A stretch of 64,000 nt of DNA from Rhizophagus irregularis (lineage: Eukaryota), in the NCBI RefSeq assembly GCF_026210795.1, contig NC_089436.1, forward strand, positions 992,001 through 1,056,000, given 5' to 3'. The translations under genes were made by a program, and so were the position numbers. The notes beneath the pieces were generated by a model that worked only from the letters and a program-made list of their open reading frames with translations, did no database searches and was not told the DNA's origin. This document shows, piece by piece, positions 11,401-24,834 of the stretch; position 1 is the stretch's first letter; each line of letters opens with the position of its first letter.

Positions 11401-14400
11401 TAGTTATCACTAAATCTATAAAATTTATAAATAATTTAGTTTAGAATCAGGTTCTAGAATTAGGTTCAGGACTAGTCCTAACAGGACCTGATCACAGGTC
11501 CATTCAATAGAATTTATAAGTTTCAAAATCAGGACTGGATTAGGATCGACTTAATCATTCCTACCACTTATTTACAATAAAAGTTACCATAAAAAATTAG
11601 CCTTTTACTAATGATTTTTACCTTATTTTTTCTTAAATTTTATTGATTAATTAGCTAAAAAAGAAAAAAAATCATACTAATATAATATAAAAATTTTCTT
11701 TTATAGTAAGATCTGCAAAGAATTTTATATGATTTTTATCTTAGGTCTGGAATGACCTATCTTATAAGGATTCTATATATGTAATAATAATTATATTGCA
11801 TTAAAAAAGTAATTAAAAATTTAAATACATTTTTTATTGTTAAAATAAATATATTATAAATATTTTATTTAAAATACTTAGATCATATAAATACTTTTTA
11901 TTTCCAAATGCATACATTTACTAAATACAAGTTGCATTATTTAAACGTATTTAATAAGTACTTAATCTAAATATTACTAAAATATTTAGCAAATATTTAA
12001 TAAATACTATTGTGATGATATATTTAAGTAGCCTGTTAATTAATCAACTACATTTGGTAATAAGAAACATAAAGTTGAAGTAATACACTTATAATCTTAA
12101 CATTCTATACTTTCCATATATATCTAATTTTTGTATTTTATAAGATTTAAAGAAAAATAAGTTTGTTTTTTTAAAGAAAATTGTAAAAAGAAACTTAAGA
12201 TTTTCTTTTTTACTTTGCATAAAATTTTTTCCAGTCAAAATACTTCTGTAATTTTATCAATTAAAGTTTTTAATACTTTAATAATAAATTATCTTTGAAT
12301 TAGACATTTAATAATTTTAATAGTAATTATATTCCAATTATAGGTAATCTATCAGAGATTAATTAAAATTAGATCTATTGATCTATATATATATAAGTTC
12401 TTATAACTTATTTTATTGTGTGAAAATCAGAATAATGAGATTAGATCTGTATTTTCAATATAATCAACAAATAAAAAAATTGAACAATTGGAAAGAATTT
12501 ATTAAAAATTGGTTATCAGAATGTATTGCTTATTACAATTTTCAGGAAACTAAATTTGCAGATTCATTTTTATTTACTAATTTATTCATCTTTATCCAAA
12601 ATAAACAATTAATAATAATTAGCTATAAAAAATTGATAAATAGATATCAGCCAATTATATTAACAAAGAGGCTTATAAAGGAAAAATATAATAAATGCAA
12701 AAATATTAAATCTTATATTTTTTTTTTTATTACTAATACTAAAAAATACCTAAATGAAATTTATAAAGAAAATGAAATCATGATAATAATAGAAAAATAA
12801 AAATAATTTATTTGAAAGTTTCTTAATGCTCAGAATTAAAACTCTGAATAGTTCAGTTTAGTTTCATTTTTTAGTTCTTTTTTAATTGGTCAGAATCTGT
12901 TTTGCATAATAACTCACCATCTAGTAATTGTAGAAATCTAATCAATAGTTCATTGGAATTGTCTTATTGAAACAGTTTAAATAGTATTAAAATTATCTTT
13001 TTAGTATCAATAGATAGTGAGTTATTTTTAGAAAATACTAAAAATTTTAATCAGAATTTTATAAAAAAAAACATTTCTAACATTTTTTTATATTTTTATA
13101 AGTATTTTCAAAACTTCTTTAAAAAAAACTTTTTTAATGTTTTTTTTTATATTTAATTGTAAGAATATCAGATTCAATATGAATACTGAATTCTAAAAAT
13201 AAGTTTCAAATTTTTGAAACTTTAATAAAAAAACGTTAATTTTTAATGTTTTTTTTTTATTATTTTTGTAAAAATATCAGTTCAGGACCCCAGATATCTA
13301 ATATAAAGGTCATAATGGACTTTTGGCCAAAAACACCTTTTTTTGCTGAAATTCAAAAAATCGTTTTTTGTAAATATCTTAGCATCTAATGATTCAATTT
13401 TAATGAACTTTTTGTTATTTTGTAGCCCTCATTTAGCTCTACAATTTAAAAAAAGTTCATTAAAATTGGACCACTGGATGCTAAAATATTTACAAAAAAT
13501 GATTTTTTGAGCTCCTGAAAAATGGGCCAATTTGCCAAAAATGTGACTTGGATCCCGATCTGCCAACTCTTTCTTGTAGATCTTTGGTCAAAAATTTCGC
13601 GGAAGAAATTTTTACTCTTCGTATTAACACATCTCTTATTTTACTATTAAAATGCCTCCCAAAGGTAACAAAAAAGCTGGCAATAACCCTAACGGGGGAC
13701 CTGCCAAGCGTCAAGACAAACGAAACAAAAATAAAGACTCTGGCTCTGATGTTTCAAACTCCGATAATGAACAAACAAACAATAAAAACAACCCTTCCAA
13801 ACGTATCCGTACGCTCCCAGAAAATCCTATGGAAGAAGACTACGTTGCCGACTCAGCGGCTGACGCTGGAGGTAGCAATACTACTCCTCCTCAACAAAAT
13901 AATGCTGACAATTTTTTGTCTCCTCCTCCCAAAGATACTACTGCGCCTTCTGCGCCTAGTTCTGTCACGTCTGGTACTGATGCGTCCATGCATGCTCCAA
14001 AAGACAATGCAACTTCCCCCTTAGATGCGTCTCCTAATAAGGATATTATGGATACCAATGATACTTCTCCTCTTCCCCTTGACACGCCCACTATTTCCAT
14101 TTTTAGGCGTGATTTTCAGGCTGCTGCGGCACCTAACACCTCCCCTGATTTTGTCAAAAAATATCCTACCAATCGGGCTATGATTGATGCTGTCAATAAT
14201 CTCCTTTTAGAAACTTATCACTCTTACACTGGCCGTGCTCGCATGTCCAGTTCTGGTGACCTCAAAAGATTAGTCATTCATTTTAATTCAACCACTGAAC
14301 GAGATGCCTGCCTTTCCCTCCGACATGATGATCTTGCCGATCTCAAATTTTTTCTACATGACCTTCAGCAACTCCGAACTGATGAAGACCTCCGGGCTAT

Positions 14401-15169
14401 TCAAGTTACTGACATTCCTTTTTTTATCAAAAAAGATGATGTTATTGCTCTTTTCAAAAAGTATGGTAACATACAATCCTGTCGCCTTCATACACGTACC
14501 AATGCCAAAGTCCAACAAGCTCGTATCGTTTATGATGATGCTTCCTCCATCCAACATTTTTTGGATAAACAATGGGCGATCTACTGTTATTCCACTTGTT
14601 TACGCATTACGCCATGCTCTCTCACCCTCAAACAAAAGAAATCACGACGTGAATTCGTCGCTGTTTTATCTCAGCTCCCCCCTAACACAAAAGATGTGCA
14701 TTTGGCACCTTTGGTACGAGCAATTGGCGCTATGGCCGTTAATATCCCCTTATCTCTTAATTTCTACAAACCTAAACGATGGGCTTACATCACTTTTAAG
14801 TCACAACAAATGATGGACACCGCCATGGAACAATCAATCGCCCTGCAAGGCCATAGGTTCCAATAGGAACTCCCAGAGAATACAAATAAACTTTGTCATA
14901 GATGCGGCAAACTCGGCTGCGCTCCTACTGCATGTCCATTGAACAACTCTTGAGGTCGCTCACGCACTCGTAATCCTGTTGCACACTTAAAAGAACGCTT
15001 CAATATTGGCCAAACTAATAATAATAACTCTTCTGCTAATCGCAGTAGACAACGCTCCCGTTCTCAATCCAAAGATCGTTCTAATTCCTGACAACATAAT
15101 CATTCAGCTAATAATGCTGGACGGAACTATAATACTACCAATACTATCTTTTCACCCAATTCTTCTAAA

Positions 15170-16001
15170 TAGAGTTCCGAATGGGTCAGGTCAGGTCAGG
15201 TTAATTGATAAACCTGACCTGAAATTTTTTTTCAGGTCAGGTCAGGTCAGGTTATATCAGGTTATCTGTTTGACCTGACCTGAACTGAAACCTGAAGATT
15301 TTCAGGATTTTTATTAAAATATCAATAAAATGGTATAAAACATTTTTTTTGAAAATATTGCGATTTACTTTTTCATATTAAAATCATATAAAAAGGTGAA
15401 TCGCAATACTGCAATTCACTTTTTTTATATAGAATTAATATAAAAAAAGTGAGTTGCGGTATTGCGATTCACTTTTTTATATAGATTCTATATAAAAAAA
15501 AGTGAGTTGCGGTATTGCGATTCACTTTTTTTATATAGAATTAATATAAAAAAGTGAATCGCAATATCGCAACTCACTTTTATTATATAAAATCAATATA
15601 AAAAAGTGAATCGCAATACCGCAACTCACTTTTATTATATAGAATCTATATAAAAAAGTGAATCGCAATACCGCAACTCACTTTTATTATATAAAATCAA
15701 TATAAAAAAGTGAATCGCAATACCGCAACTCACTTTTTTTATATAGAATCTATATAAAAAAGTGAATCGCAATACTGCAACTCACTTTTATTATATAAAA
15801 TCAATATAAAAAAGTGAATCGCAATACTGCAACTCACTTTTATTATATAGTAGAATCAATAATTTCAGGTCAACAGGTCAATCAGGTCAGGTCAATCTTC
15901 ATACCTGACCTGAATTTTTTTTAAAAATCTCATACCTGACCTGAATTTCAGGTCAGGTCAGGTCAGGTTACCTGAATTTGGCTGACCTGTTCGGAGCTCT
16001 A
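15170..16001. mobile_element. hAT-type MITE (832 bp) with an internal 52-bp palindromic array, inserted in LINE ORF1
   Basis: TIRs TAGAGTTCCGAATGGGTCAG / CTGACCTGTTCGGAGCTCTA; 8-bp TSD CTTCTAAA/CTTTTAAA; subterminal GGTCA/TGACC pentamers. Confidence 0.88.
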
Positions 16002-16217
16002 CTTTTAAATCCACTAATTCTACTCAATCTACTCAACGGCCTCGATCTAATGAGCGTAAAGGCAAAGACCGTTCAGTTTCCTTTATTTTCCACTTTCCAA
16101 CGCAATAGTACCTCTATTTCCAACTCATCTGGTCATAAACTTCCCTTGGTGGATCCTAATTGTTCCCAAATTCAAGAGATCCTTTCGGTGCTCAAAAGCC
16201 TTCAAGAAGATATGGCT

Positions 16218-16514
16218 AGGACCCCGGATATCTAATATAAAGGTCATAATGGACTTTTGGCCAAAAACACCCCTTTTTACTGAAACTCAAAAAATCGTTT
16301 TTTGTAAATATCTCAGCATCCAGTGATTCAATTTTAATGAACTTTTTTTTATTTTGTAGCCCTCATTTAGCTCTACAATTTAAAAAAAAGTTCATCAAAA
16401 TTGGACCACTGGATGCCGAGATATTTACAAAAAACGATTTTTTGTTCCCCTGAAAAATGGGCCAATCTGCTGAAAGTGTGACTTATGACCTGTTTTGGAG
16501 ATATCTGGGGTCCT
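16218..16514 (+). mobile_element. AGGACCCC-family MITE copy 2
   Basis: TIR AGGACCCCGGATATCT / AGATATCTGGGGTCCT; perfect 8-bp TSD ATATGGCT. Confidence 0.93.
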
Positions 16515-17003
16515 ATATGGCTAGTGTACGTGCTAGAATTCATGCTCTTGAATTAGCTGATCAGAGAATGTCTCAGCTGGAACTTCGTGTTTTTGGACAT
16601 ATGCAAGACGATGTTCTCCCACCTGATTCCAATGATTCTTCACATATGCTTGTTGACAACCACCAATGCACCCCCCTTATATAACACAATCCAACCCGCC
16701 CACTTCGAACAGACCTCCTTCCGACCCGGTTCTCCCTCCTCCAACGGTTCCTGTTTCCCATTCCACCATTTCCTCCTCCCCCATCCCCAAAACTGCTGAT
16801 GAAGTTACTATTAATAAAGAACATGCTGAAATTTATTCCTTTCAACGATCTTTAGATAACAAATTCGATCACTTATCCGGTTCTATTGAAAGATTTATTA
16901 GCTCCATTTCTGGTGGCTCTTCCTCGGACTTAGTCAATAAGACTTCGTCTGATTAATTTGTTATCCTCCCCTTTCACCCCGTAGTTCTTATCATAGTGTA
17001 ATA

Positions 17004-20000
17004 ATGATGGACAATAATATAGATTATGATACCTTTGTGCGAAATCCCCCCAACCCCGTTGATTTTAGTGATATTTTTAATGATCCTATATCTGATACAT
17101 TATTTTCTCCCTCTTTCTCTACTTTCCCCATTCCCAATTCTTTTAACATTTCTTCTTTTAATGTTAATGGTCTTAAAACTCCTGGTCAAGGTTCCTTTAA
17201 AATGGACCAAATTTCTTCTTTCTTTTTACAAAATCACATTTTCTTTGGCGGTATCGTTGATACACACCTATCGCCTAAACAAATGAAATTTTTGTCTAAA
17301 CGAGTTTGTGATTATACTTTTTTTCATTCTGATTTGGATTCCACCAAACACGGCCGCTCTTCTGGTGGTGTTTCTTTATTCATACATAACTCTTTAGCCA
17401 CTCATGTTCAATTTTATCAATCCCATTCCTCCCGTATTCTTTCTGTAGACTTGTTTTTTAAAGGCAATGTTAAATTGCGTATATTTGTCGTCTACATTCC
17501 CCTACAAATGATCTTGTTCTTCGTTACGAAGTCATTGATCAATTAATTTCTTTAATTTCCCAAACTTCTTCACAAAATTTTCACCATGCTATTTGCGGTG
17601 ATTTTAATATGAATCTGGAGAAATATTACCCTATTTTTTTGCATCAACCTCAGGTTGCTGCTAAACGAATTCACAAACTATTCCATTATTTGCTTTCTCA
17701 TAATTATGAGGATTGCACCCCCCTTAACCTATCCGGTACCTTAGGTACTTATCACCATTTGGACACTATTACCCGTATTGACTTTGTTTGGTCTTGTCCA
17801 CTTCTTCGCCAATATATGTTAACAGCTTCTATTTTTGATGCTCATGATTTACACATTTCTGACCACAACCCTATTATTACATATTTTAATGCTTCATTAT
17901 TATCAGATGCTATTAAATCTGCACGAGCTCGTCAACTTGGTCGTAATACTTAACGTGTTTTCAAATATGATTCCATTTCTACTGATCAGTGGACTGCTTT
18001 TGCTGATAATTTGGATAAATTATGTCCAATTGATCCAATTATTTTTGACGCTTGGCCTCTCAATCAGAAATGTGAATATCTTCATTCTAGGATTATCAAA
18101 GCTGCTAATTCCACATTGCCTTCAGTTACTGTGGGCAATACTTATATTCCAAAGAAGCCTAAAGACTTGGAAAGTTTATGCCAGTCTTATAGATTTTTGT
18201 CTAAAGTGGCTAAAACTATCCGTTCCCTTCATAAGACCCCTATCTCATACTCTATGCATTATGAAACTAAGTGGTCTTCATATTATATACGTCTTAATAA
18301 TATTTTATCCCTTTATCAACAAATTTTTGTTACGCCTATTATTTTTCCAGGACCCCGGATATCTCCAAAACAGGTCATAAGTCACACTTTCGGCAGATTG
18401 GCCCATTTTTCAGGGGCTCAAAAAATCGTTTTTTGTAAATATCTCGGCATCCAGTGGTCCAATTTTGATGAACTTTTTTTAAATTGTAGAGCTAAATGAG
18501 GGCTACAAAATAAAAAAAAGTTCATTAAAATTGAATTACTGGATGCTGAGATATTTACAAAAAACGATTTTTTGAGTTTCAGCAAAAAGGGGTGTTTTTG
18601 GCCAAAAGTCCATTATGACCTTTATATTAGATATCCGGGGTCCTATTTTTCCTCCCTTTCTTCGAGATGCAAGAATTGATGATTTTGCCAAGTTACTTCA
18701 AACTCTAGAAAATATGACTTTGCTTTTGCGAAGTCTTCTTTTGCTTAAAGAAAAAGAATTTCAAGCCTCTTCTATTCAGGCTAAAATTGATGCTCGAAAT
18801 GATAACTTCACCAATGATATTTCCACTTTTATTGAGTCTGCTTTGTCACGAACCAGACGACGAATAGTTCTTGACCGTGTTTTTATTGATCATCCAACAC
18901 ACCCTACTTTATTAACTTCTCCAGATGCTATTGATCAAGAAGTTATTGATCATTTTCAAAATTTTGTTCCAATTACTTCTACTCCTCCTTCTTCCATACA
19001 GGATTTGCCTGAACGATGGTCTAATGCTTATATACCACTTGCTGATGTTTCTCCAGCTATTTTTGATTCACTAATGGATCCTCCTACCCTTGATGAATGG
19101 TACTCCACAATTTCATCCATGCTTAACGATAAAGCCCCAGGTCCTTCTATGATCTCGTACGAGATGTTAAAACACCTAGGCCCTTCTGCTTCTACCTTGC
19201 TTTTCAACTTAATTTGTGCTTGCTTATTAGAAGCAAATATCCCTGATTTATGGAGACAAGCTACTGTTTTTCCTATTCTTAAACCGCATGAATGAAAATG
19301 TTAACTTAAAAATACACGTCCTATCACTTTATTGGAGGTGATTCGTAAGGCTTTGGTTAAACTTTTTTATAATCGTCTCGCTCCTTTGCTTGCCTCTCAC
19401 CATGTTCTCCAAGGCGGTAATTTTGCAGGTTTACCTGGAGGGTCCTGCCGTGATCCTATTATTACTCTGGAATCCATCATCCATGATTCAGTAGTTACTA
19501 AACAACCCTTATGGATTCTTTCTCAAGACATTTCAAAAGCATTTGATTCTGTGGATTTATCTATGTTGCGTTTTGCTCTTCAACGTTTACGTTTGCCTTA
19601 AAATGCAATTCAATTCTTACTCTCTTTATTTATGTTACGTTCTAATCGTGTCATTACTGCACATGCCCTACTCCACCATATAGAGTTAGAATTGGAATAG
19701 ACCAAGGTGAAGTTATCTCTCCGCTTTTATGGGTTATTTATTTAGACCCTTTACTTACAACTCTCAGAAATAAAAAGAAAGACCCTTATCGTTTGGTCTC
19801 TCCATTGGCTCCCTATACTGTTTCATCAAATTCTCGTTCTCCAGATGTTTTAGAAATTAATAATTTGGTGTTCATGGATGATTCTACTTTACTCTCTTCT
19901 TCTAAAGAAGGAATGGAACATATGTTGTCTATTACTGAAGAATTTTATTGTTTAAACAATACCTCAGCCAATCATAACAAATATGTTTTAGCCACTAATG

Positions 20001-22973
20001 CAGTCGCTGCTTCTCGAGATTTGTCTCCTATAGCCTTTAATTTGTCGATTTCATCGCTCAATTCCACGCCCAACATTATTGTTACTCCTATCCCTATGTC
20101 CTCATCTTTCCAGTTTTTAGGAGTTTGGTTTAATATTAACGGCTCTAGGAACTTTATCCGACAACAACTTAAACGAGAATATAATTCTTTTTCTGCAATT
20201 CTTCGCCCTGCGAAACTGACTGTTCAACAAGTGGTGTATCTTTATAATACTGTTTTGATTCTGAAATTGGACTATCGAATGCAAGTTACACATTTATCTG
20301 AGGCTGAATGCTCCACTATTACCTCTTCAGTTCGTGCCTTAGTTAAACACAAGGCCAAATTATCACGCTCTGTTCCTAATGTGGTGTTATATTTAACACA
20401 TTCTTTGGGTTTGATCAATTTATTTTCATTTCAACAACAAAGTCATTTTACTAATTTATTTTTGTTAGCAAATTCTTCTTCTGTTTTTATGAAATCATTA
20501 TTTAATTATAGGTTGCGATTTATTCAATTTTATTGTTTAATTCCTATTTCTCCCTTGATGGTTTTGGATTGGACTTGTTGGTCTTCTCTTATAATTTTTA
20601 AACAAGATTATATCGCTAATACTCTAGCTTCATTGCTCTCAACTCCCTTTCGCTTGTCACGCGCTAATCTATCATCTGTGCTTGATTTAACCTACCCCAA
20701 TGGCCATATTCCTATTATATTTATCAATGTCTTTCTTTGGATGTATTTAAAGCCAATTTAACAAGACTTCGAAAACGTGGCCTTTTCTACCTTTCGCAAC
20801 TTTTGACACCTCAAGGAACACATTTGCTCTCTTGGTCTGTCATATATGCTAATTCTGTTCAAAAGCGTGGTAATGCCCGTCTTTCCATGTGGTACAAAAA
20901 TCTCTCTACTAATATCACGATTCCAGATAAACCTGGTTTGTTAAAAGATCGATTCCTGACTGAACAACAACCTGTGAGCCTGATTGCAAAAGAACTTGCT
21001 CCTTGCATTCCTCCTTCTGGTTATAAGAAGAATTGGATTGTTACGCTAAATGATAATGGCCTTCCCTTATTCAACAAACAGATTCAGATCCAACCCAAAC
21101 ACTCCACTTGTACTATTGTACATTGGACTTCAGATTGTTTATCTCGTCCGAGCGATTTAATTACTCTACGACCTTGTCCTGGCTGCAACTTAAATATAAA
21201 TAAATCTTCCTATTCAAAGAAATCAGTTGCTACTGGTTTTGTTTCCTGCTCTTATTCGGCCTCTCTTCGTCAGTCATGGATTTTACCTATGAAGAAATCA
21301 TCCATTTTGAATCACACTTCCAGCTTGACTGCTACGGTGTCGTGGGCAGAAATCATGGACTTTGTTACCGCATCTTGTAATCCTTTAGGTTGCTCGATGC
21401 TTGCTGCTGATATTCCCCATACCTCCTTTGATATTATTGATGAGGCTTTGCCTACTCCACATTTACTTACGGCTGGCGATGTTGCTGTTTCATCATCGGT
21501 CATGCTTTCTCGAGACTCTCAATATACCTTTTACACTGATGGTTCTCTTATCAATTTAGGAACGTGTGATGTTTCTATGGGATGGGGCTGGGTTCAAATT
21601 GTCAAGGATTCTGGTTTTCTTAATTCTATTGCCACTTATAAGCAGGGTATTATTCGTAATTGGCCTTCCTCTTCTCGAGCCGAAGCTGCTGCTATTTATG
21701 CAGCTTTATCAGCTTCTCCTGCCAACTCTGTAGTTCACATTTATACAGACTCACAGTCTTCCATCGAGGGTTTGAAACATTGTTTCTTATCTGATTATTC
21801 AAATTCTCGTCTTTATTATAAGACTACCAATTTTGAACTTTGGGCCATTATTCAACAACTGATTGTGGATAAACAACTTTCAGTTTTACCTTTTAAGGTT
21901 AAAGCTCACTCTAATTTTTATTGGAATGACTTCGCTGACTCTCTTGCCAATACTGCCCATACATCTGACGATGCTATTCTTATCTCCCATCTCGATCTTG
22001 CTGCAGTTGATGACTATATTATGACTTATGATGACGTAGTCTGTGAATCTAACCCAAGACATCTGTTTAAACAATATCATCAGATGTTGTATATGAAAGA
22101 TCTTTTAGCCCTTTCTCGTTTCTATTTTATTTCTCTTTTAACAGATCCATCCTGATACGTGGTTGATTGGGCTCTTACTTGGCATACGTTAATAATGTTC
22201 CAACCCAAATTTGATAATTCCTTCACTAAGGAGAATGTCTCTAGACATCATACGTTGAAATTTCAACTTTTTCTGGAAGACTTACCTACTTTGGAATCAC
22301 TGAAAAGGACACGACCTGATTTATACGTAGAGATTCTAACCTGTCGTTCTTGTGAAGATCACTTAGAAGATTTTATGCACTTATTTTTATGCAAAAAGCG
22401 CCGCGTTAAATTATATCAAATTTTAACGTCATATCTCCACCACCTTACCCAAAAAATCAAAGAAGCGGGTGATAATGCCAATTGTGATTACTCTTCTTCA
22501 ATTAATAGAGTTACTTCCCTTCCTTGCTGAACTTTTTCGTCTAACAACTGGTCTTCCTATAGTCTTGTCCGTGCTTGTTTGCCTACCGCCTTTCTGGAAG
22601 TTTTTGAAAACTTAGGTATTCCTCACCTCACTACTATGAATGTGGTCGCCGCCATACATAATAATTTTATCAACAAGTTCCGTAAACGAATTTGGAATCC
22701 GTGTTCGTATGATAAAGGATTATGGGAACATACGATGAACATTTCTTCAAACTTAAACAATCTCCAAGGCCTAAAGGTTTGCCCAAATCTTTTTATTTAC
22801 CTTACTCGTCTTTACCATCTCCGACCCATGTTGATTCACGTGACTCCAGAACCGATTGGTTAAAAAACTCGATGCAATATGGATTATCTTGGTTTAATCA
22901 CATTTCGGGTTTTATGGGTCATCTAACGGTGCTACTTAATAACCGCTTTTGCAGGATGGAGTGTCAATTTTAA
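17004..22973 (+). pseudogene. LINE ORF2: AP endonuclease, reverse transcriptase, RNase H, C-terminal Cys/His finger; disrupted
   Basis: APE motifs SFNVNG, GDFN, RIDF, SDH. RT motifs KAPGP, RPITLLE, QDISKAFDSV, GIDQGEVISP, FMDD, FLGV. RNase H motifs FYTDGS, AEAAA, TDSQ, KVKAH, NDFAD. Finger CRSC..HLFLC. Several stops and frameshifts. Confidence 0.93.
18349..18644 (-). mobile_element. AGGACCCC-family MITE copy 3 (inverted)
   Basis: Reverse-complement match to copy 2; perfect 8-bp TSD ATTTTTCC. Confidence 0.93.
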
Positions 22974-23318
22974 TAGTGGGCGCGTCATTCATTATTTTGT
23001 TAGCATAGTTGCTTCTACTTTGGTTGGAATATATCAAGGGGGAAGATCTAGGAAGTGTTAGTATTAGCGAATTTTCTTTTGAACTTTCTTTTAATTTTAA
23101 TTTCTTTCTAGGAGACTATATAGTTTTGTTTTTAGTTAGTTTTTATTTTATTTTCTTTTTCTTATACAGATGGTGCCCAAAATTATCCGGCCACTTTATT
23201 TTGCCAAAATTATGCTGATCATCACGTGTTATTATGATGTAAATAAACAATAATTTTGTATTTATAATCACAATGAACAATCCTCTGCGCCATATTTCTT
23301 CTGGAACTTTCCGGAAAA

Positions 23319-24638
23319 ATGAAACCACTTACCCCACACTGGTAAAAAAATGATTTATCCTACACATATCTTACACATATTGGGTACTCAAAATGTAGAA
23401 AATCATACACAAATAATACACATATCATACACATATCGGGTACTAATATATATATCATACATATATCAGGTACATGATAGGTATACTATATATATAAGTA
23501 CCCGATATGTGTATGATATGTGTATTATTTGTGTATGATTTTCTACATTTTGAGTACCCGATATATGTAAGATATGTGTAGGATATGTATAGGATAGACC
23601 ATTTTTTTACCAGTGCCAAAAACTCGTGGTGCAATTGTTTACGGTCACAATTGTAGACATTCAAGTCGCACAATTGCCAAACAACTGGGATGTGGGAAAA
23701 CAACAGTTAATGACATACTTAAACGCCTTCATGAAACTCACTCTTTAACACCAAAAAAACAAACTGGGCGTCCACCACTTCTTAACTCACCAGCTCAACA
23801 AAAACTTAAGTCCTTCATTAAAGAAAACAATGAAAATCGTCAACTTTGTTCAAAAAAAATTGCGACCACTTGGACAGTTCAAATAAAGCAACCTATTTCT
23901 CGTAATACTATACGCCGAAACCTTAAGAAAGTTGGACTTACAGCCTGTGTTCCTCGTCGTAAACCTGCAATGACAGAAGCATATTGTCAGGCTTGGCTTG
24001 AGTGGGCTTATGAACATGAAAATTGGACAGAAAGAAAATGGAAAAGAGTCCTATTTTCAGATGAAAGCACCTTTACTCAATTTCAACAGGGTCGGCAGGG
24101 GATGGTATGGCGTAAACCTGGGAAGGAGTTAAATCCTGATTGTATTTCAGTTACTGTAAAACACAGTCCTAGCAAAATGTTTTGGGGGTGTTTTTCCTGA
24201 AGCGGCCTTGGGCCAATTGTTTTATTAAATGGTTCAGTTACTGGCCAAACGCATGCTCAAGTTATTAATGATTTTGTTGTACCTACCTTGCACACACATT
24301 TTCCACAGGGTAATGGAATCTTTCAGGAGGATAATGCTGCGCCATACCGTTCAAGAGTTGCAACGGCCACACGTGAAAATGCTGGGATTGTGACTCTTGA
24401 CTGGCCAGCTCAGTCACCAGATATTAATCCTATAGAAAATATTTGGGCTGAAATGAAGATGATGATTCGACGTCGTTCACCACCACCATCTAGCATTAGT
24501 GTGCTTATGGAGTATGTTACAGATGCATGGAACGACATTTCTCCTGAATATTATAGAAAACTGATCAAAAGTATGCCTCGGATGGTTGATGCAGTTATTT
24601 CCGCAAATGGAAAAGAATCAATTATTAAATTTTTGTAA
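23319..24638 (+). pseudogene. Tc1 DD34E transposase, disrupted
   Basis: MKPLTP|KTRG.. with an HTH and GRPP motif, LFSDES, FQEDNA, SPDINPIENIW (34 residues between D and E). MITE inserted after codon 6; TGA at 24198. Confidence 0.92.
23337..23615. mobile_element. CACTA/CMC-type palindromic MITE
   Basis: CACTGGTAAAAAAATG ... CATTTTTTTACCAGTG, 3-bp TSD CCA; the body is nearly fully self-complementary. Confidence 0.9.
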
Positions 24639-24834
24639 AATTCAATAAAGGAAGGCATAATAAATATGTTAAACTTAAATTTTTATTTTCATCATATTTA
24701 ACATATATAAGTTTTTCAAATTTGAAAAGTGGCCAGATAATTTTGGGCACCATCTGTATGTAATTTTGTAAAGTTTGATAAATAATTAATAAAGATAAAG
24801 GCTACTATGCCATGTTTGCCCAAAAATGTGACTT

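Larger units (their letters stand above)
13652..16956 (+). pseudogene. LINE ORF1 (RRM-like domains, Cys zinc knuckle, coiled coil), disrupted
   Basis: IQVTDIPF..ARIVY and VLSQLPPN..WAYITF are RRM-like; knuckle CHRCGKLGCAPTAC at ~14894-14935. Stops at 14864, 14951 and 15089; the frame resumes after removal of two MITEs. Confidence 0.8.
23167..24756 (+). mobile_element. Tc1-type DNA transposon in the LINE 3' UTR
   Basis: TA-CAGATGGTGCCCAAAATTATCCGGCCACTTT ... AAAGTGGCCAGATAATTTTGGGCACCATCTG-TA. The empty site TTCTTATATGTAATT is seen in LINE copy 2 at 26981. Confidence 0.95.
13550..24819 (+). mobile_element. Full-length, inactivated LINE (ORF1 plus APE-RT-RNase H ORF2)
   Basis: 15-bp TSD CCAAAAATGTGACTT at 13535-13549 and 24820-24834. 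Contains ORF1 and ORF2 domains, and AATAAA at 24788. Confidence 0.92.

Noticed and set aside
12378..12800. 140-aa ORF
   Set aside because: AT-driven K/I/N composition and no recognisable motif; possibly a decayed TE that I cannot identify.
13548..14813. Overlapping alternative-frame and antisense ORFs in LINE ORF1
   Set aside because: By-products of the higher-GC coding frame, with no motifs.
15350..15850. Palindromic repeat array resembling CRISPR
   Set aside because: Inter-palindrome sequences are near-identical AT runs rather than spacers, and the array is internal to a hAT MITE.
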